Shown here: positions 1 to 12,500 of the stretch, piece after piece
How the letters are laid out: every line of letters begins with the position of its first letter
Numbering within the stretch: position 1 is the stretch's first letter
Source: Dudresnaya verticillata
Lineage: Eukaryota
Direction: 5' to 3'
Length of the DNA stretch: 64,000 nucleotides
NCBI GenBank assembly: GCA_977862235.1
Contig: OZ374563.1
Span: 1,674,001-1,738,000, forward strand
Made by a program: the position numbers and the translations under genes
Notes under the pieces: generated by a model
Databases searched by the model: none
Told to the model about the DNA's origin: nothing
What the model saw: the letters and a program-made list of their open reading frames with translations, nothing else

Positions 1-2526
1 TTCCATGCGAAATGCACTGCACCGCGACGTATAGGACGCAGGAAAGTACTCAAACTTTAGAAGAAGCGAAACTTGTCATGTGTGCATGTTGCTGGAGGGA
101 CGTGCACTTGTGACTGTGTTCGATTGTTGTTGTGGATTGGGACAGCAATTAGCTTCTGGTGTAAAATTCCATGATGCCGCACTGCTATAGTTTAGGGTTG
201 GTTGCAGTTGGTCGTGAAGATTGGAAAGTCTTGTGAAGTGGGAGTTTGACCGCGGCTTGCTTGGGTTTCAAGCTGCTTCCGGGCGCTGCACCTAGTGTGC
301 ATCTGTGTCGCAGATGTAACAAGGCGGTCGGAATGAGAGAAAGAATCTTGCTTTTGTCCCGAGATCAGCGATCTTCAAGCAATCGCTCCCAGTCTTCGTT
401 TGTTGGCGCGTCTGGCACCTCGTGTCAACAAGCAAGATGTTCACGCGGTCAATTGCGCTAATGGCGTTCCGAGCCAGTATCTTGAACTTAGTGCCGGATG
501 TCTGTAATTCGCGATGTTGGATTACGGCCTGGCTGTTGGCACATTCGGGGAGGACCATGAGGGTTGGGCAGTTTGGATGTACGGTATGTGTACGTGTGTG
601 TCAGTGTACACAGTACTCTCTCCCTATCAACTGGGCGAGTGGCCTTCCATTTTTTGGACGTGTTTCCGATTAAACACAATTCAAGATCAAAGAGATTGTT
701 TTCCGACGTTCCGTTCATTGCGCATATGCCGTCAATCGGTGACGAATCAGCGCAACCAGCCATTGGTGGTTAACTCCCGCTACTTCGCCCTTTGCCGCAG
801 TGAGCTACTCTGGGAGGGACGCATAGAGACGCGATAGCGCCCCTCTACGAAAGACAAGTAAAGGGTCTCGTTCTCTTCCTCACCCCTGCAACTCTTGAAA
901 ATGTCGCCACCACGACGCCTAGTAGCGAGATCGCATGTACAGTGTAACGACGAAACCCAATGCCAAGTGATGAGTTGCAGTGTCGTGCAGAGCTGAAATC
1001 GCACAGCTGGTGTACCGCCAAAGTACCAGTCGTTCTTCCAGATGCCATCAAGCGAATCATTCTCTCGATCGGATTTTGGATGTTCGCAGACTAGTTGTAA
1101 GGCCAAAATGGTTTCATTATGTTGGGTGTGTGTGAGTGGGTGTGCTCCAAGCAAATCCTTTTTGTTGCTCTGCACTTTCCCCTCCCACCCGCCAGCCTGA
1201 AACACGAACTCTCCAGCTGCGGTGGTGCGCTTTGCGGTACGTACACATTCGCGGTACATACACGCAATCTCTACGGCGGAGCCATTTATCTTTCCGTTCG
1301 GGTAGTCCAACTGTAGGTGCCCGCGCAGCTGGTCGTATTAAACGTCCCGAAAGCGAAGTAGTCGAATTGCGAGATACCTTGGCAGGTGCAGGGAACATTC
1401 AATCTTTTTGCACTGAAGTGCAGTCTGCTGCATTGCCTCCTTCGCACTCTTGATTTTTCCGGCTGCAGATCAAGTTGTTGTACCAGAGCTCCTCTGAAAT
1501 ATGCTGCATCCGTCGAGTATGAAGTCTCTATATCGGAAGAATAATAAGAGGAACCCTGCAGCCACTGCTTGGCAAGCCGGTGGCAGGCCGGTTTTGAATA
1601 GTCTCCGAGAAAATCGACCAGACCCGCAGATGCCATTTACCACGACCAGTTAAAAATCTTGGAGGCGCAGTGCTGCATTTCGTTAATGAAAGGATATCCA
1701 ACCCTGAAAGAAAAAGCCCCCCTCCTCTCGCCAGCTCTGCGAAAGCACCTGCTTCTGTCTTTGCCCCATCTGCTGAAAAGAAGAAAGTAAATGCTGTGAG
1801 CCACCAGGCCAACCTTAGTGTCAGTTTGAAGGAAAACGGAAAAGCCGTGTCCAAGAGACGGCAGTCTTCTATCTCAACGACTCGCAGTTGGTTGAGGAAT
1901 GAATTTGCAGCACTGCGGACACTGCGTACTTGGGCTGCTTCGGGACGGACGTGGATCTTTCCCTGCCGTCCCGAATGGTTAGTGAAGCTAGGATACACGC
2001 TTTGGAGCTTGTATATCTTTCGCCCTCGACACATTAGGGCTTCTCTCTGCTATAGCGCATCCTGAGAGAACAACACCTGCCTCAAGATGGACCGTTACTT
2101 GCGTGCGCCTGCAAGGCTGTGCTTCGAAACTTTCTCGTGAAGCCTGCAGCACTCATTCGTTGTGCCACCTCGAAACCCTCATTGATCCAGATTTAGTGGC
2201 TCGACTTTGATCCGGATCCTACACCACACTAAATAATATATTGTTACTTTATTTAGAAAACGAAACACCAATCTCTGAAGCACACGTGAGCAACGTGGCG
2301 ATCCTATTGATCCAATACGGCGTTGACGCCGCCGTTGACATCGCCCGCCATTCGGCCTACTTCAAGACTTCACGAATGCCGCCAGATCTTCGTCGCAAGC
2401 GCGTCCCAGGTCACAGCTCCAAATCGCCCACCGCAGAACAGGACTCTCTACATCTTCCAAAGGCAGACTTGTGTGCTGCTGAATCAGTCTTAACTTAACG
2501 TCTCTACGACCGATCCAGCCGGCCAA

Positions 2527-3222
2527 ATGAGCAGCTGGGGCCGCGGGGGTGGTCGCGGTGGTCGAGGCGGAGGATACGGCGGAGGCTACGGCGGCGGTTT
2601 CGGCGGCAGGGGGCGCGGCTTTGGCGGTCGGGGCGGACGCTCTCCTGGCGGTTACGGTCGGGGTGGCGGCGGCGGGGGCCGCTTCGGGGGGCGCTATGAT
2701 GAGGGCCCGCCGGACACTGTTGTCGAGTCTGGCGCCTTCGTACATGACTGCCAGGGCGAGATGGTGTACAAGATGACCGCTGTGGCACAGGTACCCAAGT
2801 TCAACGCACCAGTGTTCCTGGAAAACAAGACGCAGATCGGCAAGATCGAGGAGGTCCTCGGCCCGATCTCGGAAGTCTTCTTCTCGGTCAAGCCGGCCGA
2901 GGGCGTCGTGGCGAGCAGCTTTCAGCCCGGCGATAAGATCTTTTTAGGCCCGGATAAGCTTATGCCCTTGCAGCGCTTCACCCAGCCGCAGAAGGGTGGC
3001 GGTGCAATTCGTAAGCCTGGGCGTGGCGGGCGTGGAGGACGTGGTGGACGAGGCGGCCGTGGTGGCGGCAGGGGGCGTGGCGGAAGAGGCGGCCGTGGTG
3101 GTGGCGGCGGCGGCGGCGGATGGGGTCGCGGCGGCGGCGGTGGCGGCGGCGGCGGCGGATGGAGCCGTGGTGGCGGCAGGGGCGGTTTCGGCCGTGGCCG
3201 TGGCGGCGGCGGATGGAGATAG
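2527..3222 (+). CDS. GAR1: H/ACA ribonucleoprotein complex subunit GAR1
   Basis: 231 aa; RGG-rich N- and C-termini flank the Gar1 core ([15 protein letters not shown]...[32 protein letters not shown]...KLMPLQRF). Confidence 0.97.
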   Translation: MSSWGRGGGRGGRGGGYGGGYGGGFGGRGRGFGGRGGRSPGGYGRGGGGGGRFGGRYDEGPPDTVVESGAFVHDCQGEMVYKMTAVAQVPKFNAPVFLENKTQIGKIEEVLGPISEVFFSVKPAEGVVASSFQPGDKIFLGPDKLMPLQRFTQPQKGGGAIRKPGRGGRGGRGGRGGRGGGRGRGGRGGRGGGGGGGGWGRGGGGGGGGGGWSRGGGRGGFGRGRGGGGWR

Positions 3223-3271
3223 AGAACTCGTTTTGTGTACAGAGGGTAAATCAATGGCGTTTTCTCAAGGT

Positions 3272-3297
3272 GAGAGAGAGAGAGAGAGAGAGAGAGA
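3272..3297 (+). repeat. (GA)n microsatellite downstream of GAR1
   Basis: Perfect GA dinucleotide run seen directly. Confidence 0.9.
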
Positions 3298-3591
3298 TAG
3301 TTTGGGTAGTCTCACTCGACGCAATGGAACGAGCTTGCTTTGGGCTTCTGAGAAGTGCCGGTCCAAGTTTCAGAAGTGACGCTTCTTTTCACTGCGGCCC
3401 AGAAATTCCGTCCTTTCTGTCTCATGAAGAAGCGTTTAGTGGGGTGGAAGGCACCAGTTCCAGCTTGTGTGAGCTTTGAGCTGGATCAAGAACATGCTTT
3501 TTGTTTATGATCATGAAAGTTAGTCTTCTCTTCGACCTATCTGCAGTGTGTGTCAATAAATATACAAGACTCTTATGTCTTGGTAGTCCTT

Positions 3592-6500
3592 CTATCTACA
3601 AAGTGGGTCACAACATGCTTCCGACAATTCTTCTAGGTGAACCACTACGTTGTCGTACAGGTGCTTCGGAAGGATCGTCACGTGGTCCTTTTTGGAATTC
3701 ATGAACTGCAACATGTCTTGAGTCAAATCCCCGATAACATCGATCCTCGGGTTGAGCCGCACGGACACCTGAGCAACTCTTCCATCCCACACTTCGGGTC
3801 TGTCCGGTGCAGGAGACACCTTAAACACCTCGGTCGGTTCATGAGCTGGCCGAATTCCTTTGATGGTCAGTTCCGATAGCATCATAAAGTCTCGGAACAA
3901 GTAGAAGCCGGGTCCTAGCTTCAATTCCAGATCACCCAGCAGTTCTACCGTGAGTTCCTTATCCGTATCAACCACTTTGAGCTTGAGTTTCGGGCTCGGT
4001 ACTCTGAATAAATCACTGTGGATTGCTCTTTCATCATCGTTATAGCTCATCCTTAGATTTTCGAAGTCAATGCCGAGTTCCTTGATATGCACAGCATTCC
4101 GTGAAAGAATACAACTATACTGGTAGTTCACGTCATATCTTGTAACCGATACCATTGCGCTGTGCTGTGTCTCCTCAAACTGATACCCTCGTAACACGGC
4201 GCTCAGACCGTCACCTCGTATGCTCACCTTCGTCCGTTTTCCACTTCGCTTCAGCTTCTGCGCGGGATCCGCAACGTCACTATGAGAGCTCGACGAATTG
4301 TCCCCAACAGTAGTGACATGCAAATGATTCATATCATCACGGCTCTTAGATGCATCTTCCTTGGCAACGAGCGAGTCCCCAGAACGACCGTCGAACGAAT
4401 ACAGTCGCGGTTGGGTTTTTCGTTTCGCACCTTTCGATACCTCTTTCTCGATGAGGAGCTTGACCTCGCCCATTAACTTCTTCGCCTGTCCCGTAAGTCT
4501 AAGAATAGACTTCATCATGGTATGCGAAAATTCACTTTTGACGATTGTGCTCTCAACCACTATGGTTCGGCTAGGCACTGACACGACAGCTGCCAATGCA
4601 TCTATTCCAAGTTTCATTGTGTGGTTGTCATGCTGCCTACTCTCGAACTGAAGGCGGTTCATGATATTCGTCACCACGATGGAGCCCCCATGCTCAGTTC
4701 GGACACCTGACATGGCACAGTTGAACAGATTCTCCCTCAGCCGAAGCTTGCAACTAACAATGTCCCACTGCCCTCGGAGATTCAGGTCATGTAAGGAAAC
4801 ATGGACACTCGAAGGAATAGCGTGAGCGTAAGGATCTCTCCGCACATGACCAATTCCAAGATGCAAGCGCTCGGCAAAAATGTCGACTTGATTGGATGGA
4901 GACTCTTTCTTGGACGGCAGTTTGAGTTGCAAACGGATGTTCGGCTCGATAAATGAATCTTGCGTAGGCTGGTTGTCAACCCCCTCCTCTTTGACTACAA
5001 GTTTTGGACGCCCAAAAGCTATCATGACGTTTCTCTCTGATGCGGCCTTTGGTAGCGCAGAATGGGACTTCGGTTCCACTGCAGAACCCGGACAAGGTCC
5101 CGATTTCTTTCTTGCTGCTTGAATACGGCCTTGGGTCAGTAGTAGTGTCTTCGCGTCCATTAGTGCTGTAACTCTCGTAATATTCAAAAGCGTGTGTGGA
5201 GGGCGAACTGGACTAATCCCGTGCAGGACCCGTGCGTCGATGAGCCGCAAGCTTTGCTCTCTTGCGCCTTCGATCAAAGGAGTGATTTCCAAAGCTAGTT
5301 TCGGAGAGACACCTGTGACTACCGTCGTATGCCCTATTTCGTCTCCGAAGAGCGGCGCTGTGGTAACGGAAACAAGAATAGATGACGTTCGACCCGCAAA
5401 GAACGAAAACTTTGACTCCACAGAAGTATTACCCTCCTCCTGGGCTTTGTACAGAGATTTTCCAAAGCGGATTAGCACAGACGTGTCGCGGGAAATCTCT
5501 CTCGGCTCATTGGCAGGGTTGATCATAATGTCTTGAATCGCGTCTTCCTGGTCGGATGCAACGGCTCCAAATAGGTCTGTGAATACGTTGGCGACCCTCT
5601 GCAGGCACTGTCTTGGGAATTCGCCTTCACGACCGGAGAAGTCTACATCAATTAAATCAAACGTCTCACGTTCGTCACGAACCACAGCAACACTGAAAGC
5701 TGGAACCGCCAACTTCGATGTTTCAGAAGATCTAGGTCTGCCGAGAGAATTTGACGGGCTGGCCACAATGTTTCTTGCCGGTTCGTCGCCCTCCAACCCT
5801 TCTATGAAGCCACTGGTTCGAAGAATCTTCAAGCGCAAGCTTTCAAACAATAGTCGGCCGTGCCTTTCTGTGGTGTTTGAGAAGGAATCTCCAGTGATGC
5901 TTCCGGCCTTTGATAGCACGTCAGGGAGAGACCCCAAAATGTCGCGCGATTTCTCTGCGGCCTTCTTATTCTCCCGTCCATTCTTGGCCTCAAGAATGGC
6001 CATCACAACATCTTTCCGAGGACAGATTCTCCATGTGCCTGCCAGCATAATAAGCTGCACCGAGCCGAAATGTGCATTGCTGAGAATAGAAGGGGGTTCT
6101 ATGCCCAAAGTTATTCGAGAATTATGAGAACTCAGCATCGCCGTATTCTCCCACAGGATACCGATGAAATCGCTCTTCACCTCAAAAATGTTTCTTCGGG
6201 GACGCTCATTTTCACTATCAAACCTCTGTCTCACCAAGAAATGTAGCTGAGTGACTCGCAGTGCAAGTCTTGACGAAGAATACTCCTCAGTATTGAGAAG
6301 GGGAACTGCCAACTTAAAGAGCTGTACTTTCGCACCAACAAGAATAACTCTGTGCTCGAGAGGTTTCGTCTGATCTGCCATCTTTGGTGACTTTGGTGTG
6401 CGAGGTCTCGACGACGCGAGTGCAGCAGTATTAATAGCCTGAAGGTCGGATACGAACTCCTGCTCGTCAGCCCATACAGCGGCATCAAGCAACATTCTCC

Positions 6501-9500
6501 ACGGACGCAGCTGTCCAGATACTCCGTACACATCGACTCGAAATATGAACGTGTGTGTCAATTCTTCCTGCGTCTTCAGAACGTCAAGCCGGGAACGTTC
6601 CAGGGCGATTGACATACTGGCGCGACGTTCGATATTTCGAATGCCGGCCGTAGTGAAGTCTGAGTTTAGCATTCTCAGGAACATCAATGATATTCTTGGA
6701 ACACTTACTGCAGCGCGCAACTGCACTCCGGAACGAACCAACTTGTTCCACTCAAAAATTCCTGTTATTGCTTCCATGTCAAACCGAGCAACCACTTGTC
6801 CGCTTGCCAAACTTACTGACATTGGACGAATAGAAACATCCATTCTGACACCCTTCGTGCGTTCCCAAGCAGCGAAAGACCTTGTGAATGGAGTGGCACC
6901 AGCACTTTGGGACTGGATCTGGCCTTCTGAGTAGACCTCCTTTATATCGGCGCTTTTTTGTCTCGGAGTGACCGGAAGAAAAGCATCGTTGACATCCATC
7001 GTTGGGGTGGTTGCCGTGTTTTGAAATGCCATCAACCCAGCAACCGTGAATATGACGTGACGAAGACCTTGGACTGATGTGGAATTGATAAGAGGCTCAG
7101 CATTAACTTTGAGAAGAGTCGGTAGACCGGTTGTTTCACCCCACTGTACCCCACGTGCGTCAAAGCTTGGGAAGTGAAATGTTTCCTCTTCCGACCATGA
7201 AGGAGAAGACAAAGAGAGTCCATGCCCGTACAGTCGCAATCCAAGGGTCAGCGCAGCACTGTCGTCCTCTGATGCGACGACCGAAAAGAAGAGCCCATCT
7301 AGAAGATACGAAAGACTCATCGCACTATCTTTTGGATGGAAGCCTTCTAGTCTTATTCTCGAATCTTCGCACAAGAGGTCAAATGCCATTGTAGAGTACA
7401 GCGTGCGCCCGGCATACAGAATTCTGGCGGCTGACAGCCTAGTCGCCCTTGCCATCTCAGAAATGGAGGACTTTGTCGTCAAAAACGCAGATACGACGGC
7501 CTTCAGATCAGATTTAAACTCTTCTCTGAAGTTCAAGACCGACTTCAAGTCTGTTGCATGCAGCGTTGTCTTGAATTCCGAAATCCTCGCAGATGCGATC
7601 AATTTTGGTAGAGTTGTCGGTACAAAGCCCTCTACAACACTCATTGTAGCTCCAACACTGCCAATTGATCCTTTAAGTACACAGTTCGGATTATTGCCCG
7701 ACTTCAGGCGAGATGAAGATGCTGTAACAACCATGGAATGACTTCCCTTTGATGGTTCTGACATGAACGTCACACGCGGTTCTCCAAGGAAAAGGCTGAT
7801 ATCAGCTTCCTTCTCGTAGCTCGCCGATATTGAATCCGGCAATGATTTTCGCCGGTAGTAACGACTGACAATCTCCCGAAATGATACAAAAAGTGTTAGG
7901 GCCGGTCGTTTCTTAGGACGCAACAGCTTCGGTCGAACAGGTGTTCCCTGGTCTGAACTTCGAGGGACTCTTTGTGAGAATGGTTCGTTGGAAGTATTGC
8001 TCTGGACATTCGTAGCGCTTCTGCGTTGCAGTGGGGCTGAAGCCTCTCTTCTGTGTGTTGGCGAAACGGGATTATACTGAGAGCCTGCCGAAAGCATTTC
8101 CGCAGTCCGCGATTTCTCTGAGCGTGAGAGCAAGTCCACATCCGAAAAAGCCGGAGGGGCTTGAGTTGAAACAAGTACTCGGGCTTTGGACCGCTTTCGG
8201 GGAGGGCCGGTCTCTCCGGCAGTCGGGACTGCTACGTAGGCAAAGTATTGATTGTCTTCTTCGAACACATCGCCTCTATTGTACCTGCCCTTTGATCCCA
8301 ATACCGACTGTCCAGCATCAACGGATTTTGGGCGTTCTGTTCGCTTGTCCCGAATAATACCAGCAAATGAGACGTGTGCGTTACCATTGCGTTTTGGAAA
8401 CGTGTTTCCTTCTTCACTGTCGTCGCCTGCCGAGCTACGCACAAGGGGATCTGATTTTGGACTCTTCGCAGCATGGAATGTATCACTAGCGTTCCCAGTC
8501 ATGGCTTCAGCACCTCGATGCGACGTCCGCTGCGAACTGGCCCCGAGTTGTCTCACAGAAAATGAATCCTGACCCCCCGATGCGGTTCGCGCTCTCGATT
8601 TAGAACGGCTGTACCAGTGCCCTCGACTCTTCCTCGATGACTGGTGGCTTCTCAAAGGAAAATGGATTCTTCTCTTGTGTTCATGGGCTAAGGAAGCCTG
8701 CTCAAGAGAGGTTCTTATGCTGGCCTTAAGGAATTCTTCGTTCATGTAGCTATACGAAAATAGCTCCGATGATTCCTTTTCTCCAGACGCACGCTGCGCA
8801 TCGTAGCGAAGCATGGGCATTGAAATAGTAGCTTGGCGGATGAACGATGCGACCTCAGATACCATGCGCAGAGTATTTGCAGCAATGTCATCTCTGATTG
8901 ACAGCGAAATGACTCCGAACGTAGCATTGAAAACGTGTCCTTCCAAAGCAGATTCAGTTTGAGCTCGTGCTGTCGAGCCCCCTTTGCAAGCCATGATGTC
9001 AGCCCTTATGATATCCTCCCCAGCCAGTCGGAGAGAGGTCTTTCTCACCGTGACATCCAAGGAAAAGATGATTCCGTACTTCACATTCCCGCTCGATCCC
9101 GTGGCCTCCTCCACTACAAACTGTGGCATGTCACGAAGAATCGCAACACCTTTTCCCTTCCCCGCAATTTCACTTTCTCTATCTAGAATCTGCTGGCTTG
9201 TCTCAGACAAGAATGTCCGCACGTATCCAGCTTCCATCGACGTGAGTTCGGCCATCGACAGGGGCAGCATCCCATGCACCAGATCTTCTATTTGGCCGTT
9301 TTTCATAGCTGCCAAAGACGCGTTTTCAAGCGAAAGTGCTCTGAGCATGAGTGTAAAAATCGAGGCAATCCGACCAACACATGCGTACTGCTGTAAACTG
9401 CTGTTCGGCCCTCCTAAACTAAGCGACGCGACCTTGGCAACTATCGCTTGCTTATCTTCTCTGACAGTTTCTCGTGCAACCTCTTCTGACTCAGAAGTCT

Positions 9501-12500
9501 CGCCAATTTTGGATTGCTCCCGAAGGATGACGACTATCCCTGAAATCTCCAACAACCCGTCATTGTTGCAACCGACCATTACCTTGGGGACCGAAGAATG
9601 AATTACTCTTGTGTGATCGACTCTGGAGACGAGGCCTTGCTGTTCGATTCCTTCATTTCCTGTGCTGGCATCCGAAACCTCCGTTTTCGATGCATCAAGA
9701 ATGTTGAACCCAAATGGCACCGTTAAGAAAAATTCCTCATCCTGTTCTGCCCCACTTGAGAAGAGCGGGTCACCGCTATGGACTTCACCCGGGAGCAAAG
9801 GCGATAGAAACACAACTGTGAATGCCTTTGCCTCAAACCCACGGAGCAAAACGCCTGACCGTGCATCCTCTACAACAGACCATGCAGGTGGCCTTGTAAC
9901 TTCGTATAGGTGCCAGAGGTCTGTGATATCAGTAAGAGAAACTTCAGGGGCTGCTTGATTGGAGTCTCGCTTGCTCTGCGAGAATATAGCTGACTCTTGT
10001 CCCCAGATTCCTTCCTTGTATCGAATGGCTATGTCGTTAGCGACCTCCAAAGTTTCTGGTGAGACTATGACCTTTACGTTCGAGACAATGTTGATAGAGA
10101 ACGTTTCCAATTTTCCAAGACGTGAATCATGCTCCCGCACGTGTTTTGTCAAGATCGACGCACGATGAGACTGACGAAGGTAAATCCACCAGTCAAGGTC
10201 GATTTCATCTTCTTCCAATGGTCCTGCATCTTCTGCCTCAAGTCCTGTCTCTAAACACCATACGGGCGTTTCCCCTCGCACCTTTTGGCTCTGTCCGGAC
10301 ACATGATGTCGTTGCAATTCTGCTACCGTCTGAGCCCACATTCGTGGTCGCGATTCGTGAACAATCTCCAGTGTAACATCTCTTACTGCAGCCGCCGTCC
10401 GCATCAATCCTCCACCCTGGAATGACCCATGCAGATTTCCATCTCTGACCAGCATTGCATGAGCAACTTGTGCTCGCAATGTTGCCTCGTCAATCCAAGG
10501 AGCGAGTTTCCCACCCCATGACATCAGCAGAGCCATGGAGACGTCAGGGAGGGTGAGCCTCGAATGTGCTGCAACTGTCTCCGATGAGAGGTTTGACAAG
10601 AAGAAGCGCAAACCCAATGGCGCTCGAAAGTGGGCAACTCCTGTTAAAAAAGTTGGGGCACTGCTTTGTTTTGTAGACCTTCTCCGGGATCTCTCGTGGC
10701 GCAGCATAGAAAGTTTGCTTACTTGGCCGGATCGCTCAGCAGAAGCATTGCTTGAGGCGGACAAGACGAGCAAGTCTACTTTGCCAACAACAACCTCGAT
10801 ATTCTCAACTGAGAGCAGTGCTGCAGCTGCGGCCTGGTCCTCAAAAAGAGGGTCAGGTACACCTGCAATACCTACCCGCGATGCGCACAATACATCACTG
10901 TCGTGAATGCAACCCGTCAAACTACCGATTCCAATAAGGAGTTGGGACTTATACGGTCCCCAATCAGCAGTTGCCAAAGAGCGTTTCCGAACTTGGAACT
11001 GCTCAATTGATATAGTTGGAGCAGTTGAGTCATCAGAGCGGGAACCGCCTTCTGATTCGCCTCTTTGCTCAACCGGTTCACGATAGTCATAGTGGAGTGT
11101 GACACGCTTATCCCTTGACTCAGGCGAACAGACTACATCAAGGCCTAGCCGAGATCCACGAACAGAACAAACAAACCTTCCACTCTCCAGAGAAGACAAA
11201 TTCTTGCTTCGCTTGTTGAAGGGGCTAAGGGCATGGGGTAGGTCATGAAATCTAGCCACGAGAGACTCAGTTTGGAAACCTACGGATATTAGCTCGTCCA
11301 TAGCTTTCCTGTGCTCAATCATCAAGAGTGTTTGGCCCGCAGGGAGCCCTAATACGACGCATTCCTTAAGAAACGGATATCGGCGTTCGTTCAAGACAAC
11401 ATGCGCAACGTCTCTACGCTTCGAGTGTAGTCGATCTCTTTCCACTGCTGTGAGCATATGAGCCCCAGCGCCCGCGTAGTTTCTCGAAAGATTGAGAAAG
11501 TGCGTAATGTGGTGCGGGTTAATGTCCAAAGCTAGTGACGATGCTCTTATATTAATGTCACTGCGGTCCACAGCATCAGGCAGCGATGGGAGAGAGGAAT
11601 TGAGAAAAGTCCGTCCTTCATTCAGAACAACCTTTCCAGATATGCTGAGTACTTTCCCAGCCTGGACAATTTCGGCTACATGTGTCCGTTCTCGCGGCTT
11701 GGCAGACTTGGTGTCAGAATGATGTAGATGACTAGCAAGCGTTTCCAACTGACTACGTACCCTCCTGGCTAACGAAGGTGCTCGACCCTTATGGTGGAGG
11801 GATCTATATGAGTCAGAGGGTCTTCCGGCACCTTCTCCATGCGGTTCAGCGGGGCTTGCTGCCGGTTTGTGCGGAAACGGAAGCTCGATTTTCCCCGTTG
11901 CATTTGGAAGGGAGAGAGTCCATGACACAACAGTGAAGTCCGGTAGAAACTCCGTAGGGACGCTAGGCGTTAGGACCAGCTCGGCGTTTTCTCCACAAAT
12001 CCTCATCTTACCATATTTGTCTGCTTTCAATGTATGTACATCATCCCATGCGTTGTCATGGCTGCAGGAAAAGATCACGCTGTACCCGTTCTCTGCCAAC
12101 ACTCTTGTCGTTTCCTTAAAAGGAACAAAATAACGAACATCTTGCGGCTTCTTCATGCAGCCCTGTATGTCTGCAATCATATCGTCGATCACTCGTTGCA
12201 TATCTGGCAAGTACACAGTTTGGCTATCTCTCAGTATGATATCGACTATGGAAGAGTGTACTCCGTTCCAAACCTGAGGAAGCTGCAAGGCGCGATTCAC
12301 CTCGGCACTGGACGCCTCAACTAGTGGCATATCAAGGACACCTCGTACTACTGCGCTCACAGCTCTTAGAGAGACATTCGTTCTTTGCTCAGCTCCAATA
12401 CGATACGGCACTTCAGTTCGAACTGAGACATGTCTTGCATGTATATCAACCGAACTCGGGGGAAGCCCAAATTCTACAGGTCTTTTGTCAGGCGGTGGAT

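Noticed and set aside
246..2100. Short ORFs at the window start (780-1310, 1286-1636, 1528-2034 and others)
   Set aside because: No recognisable motif or codon bias; could be decayed sequence but cannot be supported as genes.
2488..2518. Branch-point-like CTTAAC and CCAG just before the GAR1 ATG (possible 5' UTR intron)
   Set aside because: No convincing donor site found; needs transcript data.
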